64,000 nt of DNA from a virus (taxonomy: Duplodnaviria; Caudoviricetes), in IMG/VR virus record IMGVR_UViG_3300042478_001888, positions 1,910-65,909 of that record; one strand, written 5' to 3'. The translations under genes were made by a program, and so were the position numbers. Shown one piece after another: positions 8,657-18,946 of the stretch. Under the pieces are notes generated by a model. The model did not search any database, had not been told where the DNA came from, and worked only from the letters and a program-made list of their open reading frames with translations. The first letter of the stretch is position 1, and every line of letters starts with the position of its first letter.

Positions 8657-9310
8657 ATGAGATACATAGCTTATGGTAGGACATCTACCAACAAACAGGA
8701 CAATGGCATTGAGGTTCAGCGCCAGGCATTGCAGACCTACAACCCTGAGAAGTGGTTTATTGAGCAGGAGAGTGGTAAGAATAAGGAGCGGCCTCAGCTT
8801 CTTGCAGCGTTAGAGTATTGCAAGGAGCATGATTGCACGTTGTTATTCTATAAGATTGACCGATTGGCTAGGGACGCCGAATATGCACTAAAGATTAAGA
8901 ACTCTGGTGTAAAGTTACGCTGCCACACCATGCCGGAGATTAACACGATGGTATTTGGTATTTTTGCTGTTATCGCCCAAGATGAGGCTGAGACCATTTC
9001 CAAGCGGACAAAGGAAGCCCTTAACATCTTAAAGCAGAATGGCAAGAAGTTGGGTTATTATTCCCACAAGCAGGAGTTACCTAGGGAGCATTTTAACTAT
9101 ATGCAGGAGCGTAGTGTTGAGGTTCGTAGGGAGAGGTCTAAGGCTAGGCTTAGTAATGCTGTTAGGCTTGCTAGGAGGTTTAAGGATTCGGGTATGAGTT
9201 ATGCTGCTATTGCCGAGGAGTTTAATGCTCTTGGCATGAAGAGTTCTAGGGGTAAAGGGTTTTTGCCTATGACTGTTCAAAGGCTTATTCGTTTCGGCGC
9301 GGTTAATTAA
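8657..9310 (+). CDS. serine recombinase (resolvase/invertase family)
   Basis: YGRTST.KQ, ESG...RPQL and KIDRLAR motifs; C-terminal AIAEEFNALG..SRG..F...TVQR. Confidence 0.9.
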   Translation: MRYIAYGRTSTNKQDNGIEVQRQALQTYNPEKWFIEQESGKNKERPQLLAALEYCKEHDCTLLFYKIDRLARDAEYALKIKNSGVKLRCHTMPEINTMVFGIFAVIAQDEAETISKRTKEALNILKQNGKKLGYYSHKQELPREHFNYMQERSVEVRRERSKARLSNAVRLARRFKDSGMSYAAIAEEFNALGMKSSRGKGFLPMTVQRLIRFGAVN

Positions 9311-9320
9311 TTGGGAAAAT

Positions 9321-9920
9321 ATGAAAAAAGATTGGACTGGGAATAGTGTATCCTACTCAAAAACACTTGGAGCAAGCTCACACTCACAAAACGAAAGAGA
9401 GAAGCATGATTATTATGCAACAGAGCCAAAGGCCGTAAGAATGCTTTTAGAAATAGAGCATTTTGAAGGCAAGATATGGGAGTGTGCTTGTGGGGAGGGG
9501 CATCTTTCCGAAGAAATGAAAAGGCTTGGCAGGGAAGTTTACAGCACAGATATTGTTGATAGAAATTACCCAGATAGGATAATGGACTTTTTGGGTATTG
9601 AAAACAATGAACAAGTAGATTTCAACATAATCACAAACCCCCCTTATAGGTATGCAAATGAGTTTATATCTAAGGCTTTGTCAATAATGCCAAGAGGGAA
9701 GAAATTAGCATTGTTTTTGCCAATAAGATATTTAGAAGGAAAGCAAAGAAAGGCTATCTTTAAGCTAATGCCCCCAAAGGTTGTATATGTTTCAAGCAGC
9801 AGAATAAAATGCGCTATGAATGGGGATTTTAATAAAATGACAGGTTCGGCGGTTTCCTATGCTTGGTTTGTTTGGGAAAAAGGACATAGTGGAGACACAA
9901 CATTAAAATGGTTCAACTAA
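9321..9920 (+). CDS. DNA adenine (N6) methyltransferase
   Basis: DYYATEP, WECACGEG and ITNPPY motifs. Confidence 0.85.
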   Translation: MKKDWTGNSVSYSKTLGASSHSQNEREKHDYYATEPKAVRMLLEIEHFEGKIWECACGEGHLSEEMKRLGREVYSTDIVDRNYPDRIMDFLGIENNEQVDFNIITNPPYRYANEFISKALSIMPRGKKLALFLPIRYLEGKQRKAIFKLMPPKVVYVSSSRIKCAMNGDFNKMTGSAVSYAWFVWEKGHSGDTTLKWFN

Positions 9921-10216
9921 TGACCTTCCCCTGCATAGGTTGTGGTGCGTGTTGCCGAAGGGTTGGTAGCATACAAAAGTTCCCCGAAGACCACCCTCTA
10001 CACTTTCCCTACAAGAACACTAATGGTGTGTGTGAAAACCTTGTAGATAATCAGTGTAAGGTGTATAATGACAGGCCGTTAGTGTGTAATGTTGAGAAGC
10101 TCCGAGAGTTTTTAGGCGCCGAAAAGGAATCCTTTTACCAAGAAAACATCAAGTATTGTCGTATCTTTGCCAAAGAAGACGGCATAGATTATGATAATCA
10201 TAGACAAATCCCCTGA
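9920..10216 (+). CDS. YkgJ-like Zn/Fe-chelating cysteine-cluster protein
   Basis: CIGCGACC...CENL...CKVYNDRPLVC. Confidence 0.8.
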   Translation: MTFPCIGCGACCRRVGSIQKFPEDHPLHFPYKNTNGVCENLVDNQCKVYNDRPLVCNVEKLREFLGAEKESFYQENIKYCRIFAKEDGIDYDNHRQIP

Positions 10217-11513
10217 GAAAAAGTCTGCCCCCTACATCTGGCAAGACCCAGAGGTATCAAAAATGACCAAGAAGCAAGAAATCGCTTGGAGGGAAGAAGA
10301 GATACGAAGGTGGCGAGAAGGGTACAACGGCATTATGCCTTCCCACTATTTCGCCCTAAGCCAAGGCTTCATCAAGCTCCCATCAGGGAAAACCGTAAGG
10401 CCTTGGTGGAGGGATTGGGACGCTGCCTTGCACGAACAATACGAGAACGATAGGAAGAAACACAACTCCCTATATGTCTTTAAGCGTAGGCGATACGCCC
10501 TTACCACATACTTTGTTGGCTTTGAGCCGTTGCGCATAGCCCTTACCGATAAAGGTTCGGTGTGTGGCTTTACCTCTTGCGATGTCCCTCGTGGCAACAC
10601 CGCGTACAGGGAGAAGCTAATGGTAGCCTTTAGCAACTTTGATGCTCAGTGGAACTACACCAACCTAGACGCTAAAGACTTGAAGGATTTGGAGAAGGAT
10701 AATGGCTTGCCGGATTGGGAAGTGTTTCGCACTGCCCCTGGAACGAGGGACGGCACGAAGCTTAGGATTCAGTTTTTAAAGAAGGAAAAGGTAGGTACGC
10801 TAGAGAAGTTTCGGGAAACTACCGATATTAGCGAAATAACCTATGCGCAGACCTCTAGGAAGGAAAGCGATGCTGCCGCCTTTGAGGGTTTTACCATGAA
10901 CTATTTGTTTGTAGATGAGTTTTTCCTTCACCCATACGCAAATAGGGTGTATGCTTCGGCGGAGGCTTCCCTTTCAGATGGCTTTGTGAGAACTGGAATG
11001 TTTATCACTGGCGGTTCTTGTGGGGAGATGTCCCATCAAGGTATTGCCAATGCCAGAAGGGTTATCAAAGACAGCACCGATGGGAGCAAGGAGAGTGTGT
11101 TCTTTATCCCCGGTTATGCTTGTGTGGATAAAGCCCCAGAGTTTGATGAGTTTGGAAATGAGACCGGCAAGATAGTTTCCTTCATGCATGGCAACGCTGG
11201 GCATCACTATGTTGGCTCTAGGAGAATACACCAGCCAGCATACAGCGATGAGAAAAAGGCTAGGGATTATATCCTAAGCACTAGGGAGAAGTTATCAAGA
11301 AGCAGCGATCCAACAAAGTTTCGTCAGTTTATGAAAGCCTATCCAATTACTTTGGACGAGTTGCTAGAGGCCAGTGGCGATAGTTTGCTCTCTGATGATA
11401 TTATGGAGTATGCTAGGAGGCAGAAGAAGGCTATCCTAAACCAAAAGGACAAGGCGTTTATCGAGTATAAGTTCAAGCAGATAGATGGTCAGCTTAAAAT
11501 CGTGCCGTTATGA
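10191..11513 (+). CDS. terL: terminase large subunit, ATPase part
   Basis: KRRRYALT (degenerate Walker A), YLFVDE Walker B, GGSCG coupling motif; upstream of portal. Confidence 0.8.
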   Translation: MIIIDKSPEKKSAPYIWQDPEVSKMTKKQEIAWREEEIRRWREGYNGIMPSHYFALSQGFIKLPSGKTVRPWWRDWDAALHEQYENDRKKHNSLYVFKRRRYALTTYFVGFEPLRIALTDKGSVCGFTSCDVPRGNTAYREKLMVAFSNFDAQWNYTNLDAKDLKDLEKDNGLPDWEVFRTAPGTRDGTKLRIQFLKKEKVGTLEKFRETTDISEITYAQTSRKESDAAAFEGFTMNYLFVDEFFLHPYANRVYASAEASLSDGFVRTGMFITGGSCGEMSHQGIANARRVIKDSTDGSKESVFFIPGYACVDKAPEFDEFGNETGKIVSFMHGNAGHHYVGSRRIHQPAYSDEKKARDYILSTREKLSRSSDPTKFRQFMKAYPITLDELLEASGDSLLSDDIMEYARRQKKAILNQKDKAFIEYKFKQIDGQLKIVPL

Positions 11514-12283
11514 AGACACTAAGTAAGTTAATGATACTAGAACACCCTCAGGCTGATGGGATTTATTACATGGGCACTGACCCTATACCTTTTGGAGATA
11601 GGGGGCAGGCACACCTAGAGACTGAGGAGCGAAGTAAACAATGCTCTGTGATTATTCGGGAGAACCCAGAGAATGAAAAGGCTCCCTATCCTGTGGCGTA
11701 TTACCTTGCTAGGACTAATGATGTGGACTTTGTGTTTAATGAGACCTTTGCTTTGCAGAAGGCTTATAATGATTGCAAGAACAACTTAGAGCGTAATGCT
11801 GGGGGTGTGTTTATGCAGAGGTATGATGATTCGGGGTTGAGCAGGTATTTAAGCCATTATCCCTATTCGGCGCTTTTGGCTAATTGGCGGAATGCCAAGC
11901 TAGGGAAAGAAAAGAAAAGGCTTAGAGGCTGGAACAACGATAACAGCACCAAAGGGCCAGCAATCAAAGTATTGGTGGAATGGATAATCTATGGCATGGA
12001 TTACTGCTGGGGATATGAGATTATTGAAGACATTGAAAAGTTGGGGGTAGAGAATACCGATATTGCCTGGGCGCTTATCGCTGCCCTGTTAGACTGGAAG
12101 CACCACTACAACATCAGGGAGATTAAGTACCAAGAGCAGAAGCCAATCTACAAGACTGTGTATGTGAGTGAGGGCGGCAGGCCAGTGGCGAAAAGAATTA
12201 AACTAAGGGGTATCCAAGGCCACGAGGGTATAGACATGGACTTGAGGCTTACCCACAACCCAAAGTCAGATGGATTTTTTTAA
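11510..12283 (+). CDS. terL: terminase large subunit, nuclease part
   Basis: ILEHP..YYMGTDP RNase H-like motif, LERN and NTDIAWA; overlaps the previous ORF by ATGA. Confidence 0.75.
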   Translation: MKTLSKLMILEHPQADGIYYMGTDPIPFGDRGQAHLETEERSKQCSVIIRENPENEKAPYPVAYYLARTNDVDFVFNETFALQKAYNDCKNNLERNAGGVFMQRYDDSGLSRYLSHYPYSALLANWRNAKLGKEKKRLRGWNNDNSTKGPAIKVLVEWIIYGMDYCWGYEIIEDIEKLGVENTDIAWALIAALLDWKHHYNIREIKYQEQKPIYKTVYVSEGGRPVAKRIKLRGIQGHEGIDMDLRLTHNPKSDGFF

Positions 12284-12307
12284 TATCTTTGTTGTAATTT
12301 TACCTGA

Positions 12308-14542
12308 ATGATTTTAACTTCACCTACTTCTGGGGTTTATATTAGCAGCTTGCCTGAGCAGGCATTGAGCGATGAGCAGATAACTCAAAAGTATCATTCT
12401 TTGGAAGAGTGGTATGCCCAATGTGTTCGGTTTGTGGCTGGAATGTATAACCGCCCCAACTACAATACTGGCCGGCCAGATGGCAGTGTGGTATCTTCCT
12501 TCACCAATAGTGCTTTGTTTCAAAACACTCCGGTGCAGCAGATGATTAACAACTACATGTATTTTCATGGGGACCAGCCAAACGATAGGTTTTCCTATTT
12601 GTTTGAGGACCCTTTGCAGAATAAGGTATTGCCTGGGGGTGGTGGTTCGCTTATTATCCCTACCCCTTGGGAAAGGGGGCATCAGGTGTATAATTTGATT
12701 ACTCACTTGATTGGCAGCTTTTCGGGCCGTATAGCCTATTCAAAGCTATCTATTCAGAACAACAGCAAGGAAGGTAGGGCAAAGGCCGAAAGTGAGCGTA
12801 TGCAAGCCTATATGTTTGCCATGATGAAAAAGACTGGCATACTTGATGAGCTTGCTAATTTGGGTGTGGAGTATAACCCTTTCCCGGCTGCCTCAGACGC
12901 CGAATTTGAAGACCTAATGGAATACATCAACAACTTCCCCCAAGAGATTGAGGCGTTAAAGTTGATGAAGGATATTATCTTTAGGAACAACACTCCAGCG
13001 CTTATAGAGAAGATATTTTCAAACACGATTATAAATCGCATTGGTGCGATGCTCGTTGATACTGATGAAGAGGGTTATGTTCGCCACCATGTGGTCCAAC
13101 CGCAGCAAGTTATTATCGACCAAGTTGGTGATGAGGATTTTTCCGATAGGGATAGGTTTGCTGGGTACATTGAGTTTTTATCTCCTGAGGAGGTTATCTC
13201 CAAGTACAAGATAACTGATGAGGAAGAGCGTAACACTATTTATTCTATGGCTGGGGGTACGGTACCTACGGCCAATGATTTTTATGGTTCAGCACAAGGG
13301 TATTATTTCCCTTGGTGGTGGAGTGAAGGTGAAGGGCGTGTGGCTTGTGTTACTGCTTTTTGGAAGTCTTACAAGAATGTTGATATTGGGGATTTAATCG
13401 AGGGGAAAGGCCGCCGGAAGAAAGGAGACTTTATGTTTCAAACTATTCGGCGCGGTACCCTAATCGGAAACCAAATCCTAAAGAACTTTGGCGAGGATAA
13501 GAATATCGTAAGGAACCCCTTTAAGCCTAAAGAGGCTGTCCTTCCCATTCTCTCTGTTCGGCCATACACTCGCATTGGTTACAACAAAAGCCTAGTGGAT
13601 AGGCTTCGTGCTGCCCAAGACAAGATAGATGTCATGGAGGCAAAGATTACCGATGCCATAGCCCATGACTTAGGGAATGTGTATGTGTTTTATGGCGATG
13701 CCATTGAAACTGATGCCGATGAGTTTATGAGCGATATTAAGAAGAATCGCTTTACCTTTTTGCGTAGGAGTACCGGTGAGGACTTAGACCAAAGCGACTT
13801 CCAAAGGGTAATGGAAAAGCTTGATATGGGTATTACCCAGAACATCATGCACTACATAAACCTGAAAAAGGAGAAGCAGGCAGAGATGGAGGCTATTGCC
13901 TCAGTGAGCAAGATAGCCCTTGGGCAGCAGCAGACCTATGTAGGTATGAACACCCAAGTGAACACCATCGCCCAAAATGCTAAAGGCGTGGAATACTACT
14001 TTGCCTCAGTGATTAAGCTCTATGCCGATGTTATGCAGTATAGCATAGAGAAGCAGAAGCTTGTTTTAATTAACGATGGCGACAAGGAATTGGAGAGGGA
14101 GATACTCAGTGAGCGTGGCTCGGAGTATTTGAAACTTAATAAAGATTTCTCTTTTACCAAGTTGAATGTTCGGATAGTTGTTGAAGATGTTATCAACTCG
14201 GAGAGTAAGGGAAGGTTAATGCAAATGGCTGTGGCAATGGCTCAGAGTGGCCAGATGGATATGCTTGATTATTTACGCATAGAGACTGCCAACACTTACA
14301 ACGAGCTTATGAATTACTTTGAGGCTGCAATCCGCAGGAAGAAGAAGGAAGAGGCTCAGATGAAGGCTATGCAGCAAATGCAGCAGATGGCAGCTATTGA
14401 AGCCCAAGGGCAGCAGTTAGCACAGCTAGAGGCTATGAAGCAAGATGGCCAAGATGCTCGCCATGCCGATAAGATGGAGCTTGATGCTACTAAGTTGGGG
14501 CTGGAAACTGGGGAAAAATTGATGTTAAATAATAATATGTAA
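12308..14542 (+). CDS. portal protein
   Basis: 744 aa directly after terminase; Q/M-rich coiled-coil C-terminus; crAss-like gene order. Confidence 0.8.
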   Translation: MILTSPTSGVYISSLPEQALSDEQITQKYHSLEEWYAQCVRFVAGMYNRPNYNTGRPDGSVVSSFTNSALFQNTPVQQMINNYMYFHGDQPNDRFSYLFEDPLQNKVLPGGGGSLIIPTPWERGHQVYNLITHLIGSFSGRIAYSKLSIQNNSKEGRAKAESERMQAYMFAMMKKTGILDELANLGVEYNPFPAASDAEFEDLMEYINNFPQEIEALKLMKDIIFRNNTPALIEKIFSNTIINRIGAMLVDTDEEGYVRHHVVQPQQVIIDQVGDEDFSDRDRFAGYIEFLSPEEVISKYKITDEEERNTIYSMAGGTVPTANDFYGSAQGYYFPWWWSEGEGRVACVTAFWKSYKNVDIGDLIEGKGRRKKGDFMFQTIRRGTLIGNQILKNFGEDKNIVRNPFKPKEAVLPILSVRPYTRIGYNKSLVDRLRAAQDKIDVMEAKITDAIAHDLGNVYVFYGDAIETDADEFMSDIKKNRFTFLRRSTGEDLDQSDFQRVMEKLDMGITQNIMHYINLKKEKQAEMEAIASVSKIALGQQQTYVGMNTQVNTIAQNAKGVEYYFASVIKLYADVMQYSIEKQKLVLINDGDKELEREILSERGSEYLKLNKDFSFTKLNVRIVVEDVINSESKGRLMQMAVAMAQSGQMDMLDYLRIETANTYNELMNYFEAAIRRKKKEEAQMKAMQQMQQMAAIEAQGQQLAQLEAMKQDGQDARHADKMELDATKLGLETGEKLMLNNNM

Positions 14543-14565
14543 CTTTGCAATCTAAAACGACAAAT

Positions 14566-15522
14566 ATGGCAGAGACAACAGACGAAGAGGTATTAGTACC
14601 TCAGGTGGCAAACACCACCGAAGAGACATCGGCAGGCGCCCCTGAAACAACCCCAGAGGTTGCAGATGAGGTAGAAGTCGAATCATTTGAGGAGGACCCT
14701 GACTACAAGGACTTCTACACTGGGCCAAAAGCCCCAGCGGAAGGCGATAAGGTTAGTATCTCCCCAGAGGAGTATAGTTCTTTGAAGCAAGCTGCCTCAG
14801 AGTTAGAGCAGCTCAAAAACAACCCTACTGCCTTGGCGGTGCTTAACCACTTCACAAGTGGAGGTACTGCGGAGCAGCTAGCGGCACGTTTTGACACTCG
14901 TGATTACACCAAGATGAGTGAGGTTGAGCTTTACCGCTTAGACTTAGCAAGTGTTCCTGGGGTAACTCAAGAGGAGATAGACGATGAGCTTGAGCGCTTT
15001 GAGGATATGTCTGCTGTTCAGCGTAAGCGTTTAGCTGCCGATATTCGGGAAAGGCTAGAGCGTAGCCGCAACAAAGGTGCTGATGAGCTAGTAAGCTCTG
15101 TGGAGAAATCCAAGCAACAAGAACAGGAGGTGCTTGCAAACTTTAATAAAGAATTTGAGGCTGAAATTGAGAAGTGGGAAAAGAAAGGTAAATACTTTGG
15201 CTTGAACTATGACAAGCAAATGGCGGGCAAGGTTCGTCAGTTTGTCAAGGAAACCAATGGCCTAATTTTCATCAATTCTGATGGAAGCTTAAATGCTCGG
15301 AACTTCCACACTGCGGTAGTTGCCCTTCTAGACCTTCCCAGATTAGCAAGTGCTAAGTTAAACGAAGGTGTTAGAAAAGGTGTACGAAACGTTGTTAAAG
15401 AAGTCCATAACGCCGGAGATAAAAGTACCTCTCCTGGCGGCTCTGAAAACCCACAGTCAACAAAACGAATCGATGATCCGTATGAGTCTTGGGTAAGGAG
15501 TCAATCTGGTGCTAAACGTTAA
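14566..15522 (+). CDS. capsid scaffolding protein (putative)
   Basis: Acidic N-terminus, helical, located between portal and capsid; start placed at the ATG of MAETT. Confidence 0.65.
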   Translation: MAETTDEEVLVPQVANTTEETSAGAPETTPEVADEVEVESFEEDPDYKDFYTGPKAPAEGDKVSISPEEYSSLKQAASELEQLKNNPTALAVLNHFTSGGTAEQLAARFDTRDYTKMSEVELYRLDLASVPGVTQEEIDDELERFEDMSAVQRKRLAADIRERLERSRNKGADELVSSVEKSKQQEQEVLANFNKEFEAEIEKWEKKGKYFGLNYDKQMAGKVRQFVKETNGLIFINSDGSLNARNFHTAVVALLDLPRLASAKLNEGVRKGVRNVVKEVHNAGDKSTSPGGSENPQSTKRIDDPYESWVRSQSGAKR

Positions 15523-15533
15523 AATTAACTAAC

Positions 15534-16943
15534 ATGGCTTTTCAGTCGCTTGATTTATCAACAAACCTGACGCTTCGTGGCCTAAACGATGTAAATCGCC
15601 CACAAGCTGTCTATGACGTTAGTGGAGGGTATCGCTCTCTATACTACGTTATGAGTATCATTTCAAACACTACTAAACAATTCCCCGGTTCACCTGAGGT
15701 TCCCTACTCTGTGGGTTACAACTCTACCGACCGCCGGTTCCAAACCACTTACCTTGATGATTTAAGCATCATTGCCACTATCCAAAACAGAACTGTTGTT
15801 GGGGCAAATTTAGTTCTTACCATCACTGGTGTGAACAACGATGCTTTCCGTCGTGGGGACGTTGTGCTTGGAGGAATGGATTTCTCTCGCTTAGGGCAGG
15901 TGGTAACCGCTACCGCTGGCACTATTGAGATTGCTCCTTTCCAGCCTTTGAATGCTTTCGCCGTTACCGACTTTGCTGTTGGTGCTTTCGTGCGTGTAGC
16001 GTTTGACTCTTCTAATGTAGTACGTTCTACCGGCAAGACTTCTCTTACCGTTACCCCTCGTACCGATTGGAATACCATTTCTACCATTCGGGATTCTTTT
16101 GAATGGTCTTTGCAAAACACCAATGTAGCCTCTTTGATTTCAAAGGTTGGCGATGGTGGCTTGTGGCAAAACGCCCAGATTAACCTAACCTCTCAGCGCT
16201 TGCTTACGAGCATTGACAAGGCGATGTTAATCTCTCAGCGCGCACAATCCAACAATGCTTTGGGTGAGCAAGATACCTTCGGAGGTCTTGATTGGGCTTT
16301 GCGTAACCGCAATGGCTATGTTGTTGACTTGCAAAATGCAATGACTCGTGGTCAGTTTGACGATTTCTTGACTGAGGTTACTCTTCGCAAGAGTGGTAAC
16401 AGACAGAACATTGGTCTTCTTGTTATGGGTACTCAAGCCTTCAACCGCATCAGCTCTTTCGGAAATGGAGACTTTATCCGTTACCAACGTGATTTGAGCG
16501 ATGGCGATAAGACTCTGGGTGTAAACTTCCAATATGTAGAGATTTCCGGTCGCCGGTTCGCTCTTTACATTGCCGATGTTCTTGACAACCGTTTCTTCTT
16601 CCCAGAAACCTCTACGATTGCTGGTGTGAATGGAACTATCAAGTCCAATGACATCTATTACATCGACACTGAGCCAATCAAAACTGACAATGGCATGGGC
16701 TTCAAGCCAGCCGTTGAGATGTTGCACTGGTCTCCCGATGGCACTCCCGGTGGTGGTCAACCCTTCTATGCTGGTATGATTAATGGTATGAACAATGCTG
16801 TTGTTAGCTCTGCTGACATCATTTCTGCTTCTGCCAATAACGTAGTTACTCCCGTTGAAGGTTCGGCTTTGCATTTGATGTACAAAGGTGGTATGAACAT
16901 GATTACCGGTGAGTTCTCTGGTAAAATTGGTTATTTGTTCTAA
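15534..16943 (+). CDS. major capsid protein
   Basis: 469 aa; position after scaffold; strong codon bias; TFGGL motif typical of HK97-fold capsids. Confidence 0.8.
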   Translation: MAFQSLDLSTNLTLRGLNDVNRPQAVYDVSGGYRSLYYVMSIISNTTKQFPGSPEVPYSVGYNSTDRRFQTTYLDDLSIIATIQNRTVVGANLVLTITGVNNDAFRRGDVVLGGMDFSRLGQVVTATAGTIEIAPFQPLNAFAVTDFAVGAFVRVAFDSSNVVRSTGKTSLTVTPRTDWNTISTIRDSFEWSLQNTNVASLISKVGDGGLWQNAQINLTSQRLLTSIDKAMLISQRAQSNNALGEQDTFGGLDWALRNRNGYVVDLQNAMTRGQFDDFLTEVTLRKSGNRQNIGLLVMGTQAFNRISSFGNGDFIRYQRDLSDGDKTLGVNFQYVEISGRRFALYIADVLDNRFFFPETSTIAGVNGTIKSNDIYYIDTEPIKTDNGMGFKPAVEMLHWSPDGTPGGGQPFYAGMINGMNNAVVSSADIISASANNVVTPVEGSALHLMYKGGMNMITGEFSGKIGYLF

Positions 16944-16962
16944 TTTTTAAAACTAATAAGAT

Positions 16963-18249
16963 ATGTCACTATTATCAAATCCCCGTCCTTTAGCATTTGT
17001 AATGAATGCTCCCGTTGCCACTAACTTTAGCGTTGCGAACGGCCTGATTAGCATTTCTGGTTTGACCGATGCGCTTCCTAAGTTTTCTACCCTTCGTCTT
17101 TTGACTGAGGGATTAGAGGAGAGCCAAGTTGCCCAGACTTCTAATTTCAGCGTTGCCTTTACCGCAGCTGCTAGCACAACCTATGCACTTAATGTAACTG
17201 GTGTGAACACTTTAACTGGCCTTACTGAGGCTCGCAAAGTGTCTTTCACTTCTGGTGTAACTTTTAGTGCTGCTGGAATTGCTGCTGCTTTGGTTAACTT
17301 GGTGAACTCTTTGCCTTTCGGCGCTACCGCCACTGGCACAGGTACTCCTGTTACCATTTCCGGTTTAGCGTCTTTGGTTGTTGTTGATGCTGGTAACACT
17401 ACTGTTACCTCTGGCAATGCTGTTATTGCCCCCAATGCCACGGCTAGCACTGCTATTACGCAGGTTCTTAACGCTGCGGCTGCTCCTGCTGCTGCTGGTA
17501 CCACTACGGTAACAATTACCACTGCTGCTGCTCATGGCTTGCTTCCTGGTGATGTTGTTGACCTTGGAGGTGTTTTCACTGGTTTCACCTTTACAGACGT
17601 ACGTCCTGGCGCGCTTCAAACTGCTATTGGTACTGCTTCCAATGTGATTGTTGCCACTGTACCAACTTCTACCACCTTCACCTTGCAAGGTATCATAGGT
17701 TCAGGAACTCATACGGCTGGAACAGGAACAATCACCACCAAGAACGTAGTTACTGTTACTACTTTAGCTGCTCATGGTTTGGTTGTTGGAAACGCAGTTA
17801 GCGTGAGTGGTGTTGCTACTTTGACTGTGAATGGAGGTGCTGCCTTCACTTCACTAGTTCGTAGCGTACCTGCCACTGACAAACTTGTGTTGTTGGGTGC
17901 TGGAAATGGTTCTACCAACTCAGGCACTATCGTAATTACCCGGATTGCCCAACCTGCCAAGGGTTACAACTATGGCACGAAGGTTGGTACTGGAGTTAAT
18001 TCCGAGTGGCGTGCTGCTGATGGCTCTGGAGCTGTTACCGCCGGGCAAGGTTACACTTTGTTAGGTCTTGATTATGCGAATGATGTTGTTGACAACATTT
18101 CTATTCGTCAAGCTCAAAGCCAGCAAGTTTATATCTTGTTGAATGAGGGTGCTACTGGTTATGGTGCTTCTGTGAAGGCTCTTCAAGAGATTCTAAGCAA
18201 CTTTGCTCCTAACACCACCCTTGCCAATCCAGCTTCTATTGCTCCCTGA
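16963..18249 (+). CDS. auxiliary capsid/decoration protein
   Basis: T/G/A-rich with repeated TTAAAHGL..GD.V beta domains; follows capsid gene; ends at a terminator. Confidence 0.65.
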   Translation: MSLLSNPRPLAFVMNAPVATNFSVANGLISISGLTDALPKFSTLRLLTEGLEESQVAQTSNFSVAFTAAASTTYALNVTGVNTLTGLTEARKVSFTSGVTFSAAGIAAALVNLVNSLPFGATATGTGTPVTISGLASLVVVDAGNTTVTSGNAVIAPNATASTAITQVLNAAAAPAAAGTTTVTITTAAAHGLLPGDVVDLGGVFTGFTFTDVRPGALQTAIGTASNVIVATVPTSTTFTLQGIIGSGTHTAGTGTITTKNVVTVTTLAAHGLVVGNAVSVSGVATLTVNGGAAFTSLVRSVPATDKLVLLGAGNGSTNSGTIVITRIAQPAKGYNYGTKVGTGVNSEWRAADGSGAVTAGQGYTLLGLDYANDVVDNISIRQAQSQQVYILLNEGATGYGASVKALQEILSNFAPNTTLANPASIAP

Positions 18250-18271
18250 GTAATATCGGATTGAATAAAAT

Positions 18272-18303
18272 TAGCCCCTTCCTTTTTGGTTGGGGCTTTT
18301 TTA
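18272..18303 (+). terminator. rho-independent terminator
   Basis: agcccc...ggggct followed by T-run. Confidence 0.8.
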
Positions 18304-18495
18304 TTGTATTTGGTTGGGGGTTTTTTAGTATTTGCAGTGCTGGGTTTTGTACTGATTAAATTACTATATTTGCATGTGAGTTTTGTGTTTTTTGCTCATA
18401 GGTTAAGGTTTAGCTCCCTCCGCGTAAGTGGGGGGAGTTTTTATTTTTAACACTTATTAACATTTGGGTATTGAAATAGTTTGTAGGTTTGGGGT

Positions 18496-18594
18496 GTGAA
18501 AGCTAAGAAAATAGAAACAATATTAAAGATACTGCTTGCAATAGGGGTAGGTGTTTTGGTTTGGCAATGGTTTCAAATCATTTCGCTTATTTGA
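18496..18594 (+). CDS. 32-aa single-TM peptide (MKAKKIETILKILLAIGVGVLVWQWFQIISLI)
   Basis: GTG start right after TAGGTTTG promoter motif; terminator follows. Confidence 0.55.
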   Translation: MKAKKIETILKILLAIGVGVLVWQWFQIISLI

Positions 18595-18615
18595 TGTTGG
18601 CAAAATAGGATATTC

Positions 18616-18690
18616 AGCCCTACTTCGGTGGGGCTTTTTGTTTTAACACTTATTAACATTTGCGTGTTGGTTTTTTATTTAGGTTTGCAG
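18616..18690 (+). promoter_or_regulatory. terminator plus promoter module (AGCCCTACTTCGGTGGGGCT-TTTT / TTTTAACACTTATTAACATTTG / TAGGTTTG)
   Basis: Promoter part repeated at about 18445-18491; whole module matches the reverse complement of 63461-63512 and 63805-63853. Confidence 0.7.
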
Positions 18691-18703
18691 AAACAAATAA
18701 CCC

Positions 18704-18943
18704 ATGAGCAACAAACAACAAACCGCAGTAGAACAATTTTGGCAAGACCTACAAGATATTTATTCTTCAAGTTTTGATACCGGAATGGTCATTAAGTTAC
18801 TTATGGCAAGGAAACGAGCCAAAAAAATGGAGAAGGAGCAGATGGAGAATTTATGGCATGCAGCGATATCTCGCGGAGGTTGTAAATGCTATGATGAGAT
18901 TATGACATTTGAAGAATATTACAACGAAACCTTTAACAAATAA
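18704..18943 (+). CDS. KQQTAVE-family small phage protein
   Basis: KQQTAVE...MEKEQ...YYNETFNK; paralogues at 60325-60793. Confidence 0.7.
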   Translation: MSNKQQTAVEQFWQDLQDIYSSSFDTGMVIKLLMARKRAKKMEKEQMENLWHAAISRGGCKCYDEIMTFEEYYNETFNK

Positions 18944-18946
18944 CCC

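Noticed and set aside
15749-17960. Antisense ORFs over the capsid genes (similar ones occur over other long genes)
   Set aside because: Shadow ORFs caused by the codon bias of the plus-strand genes
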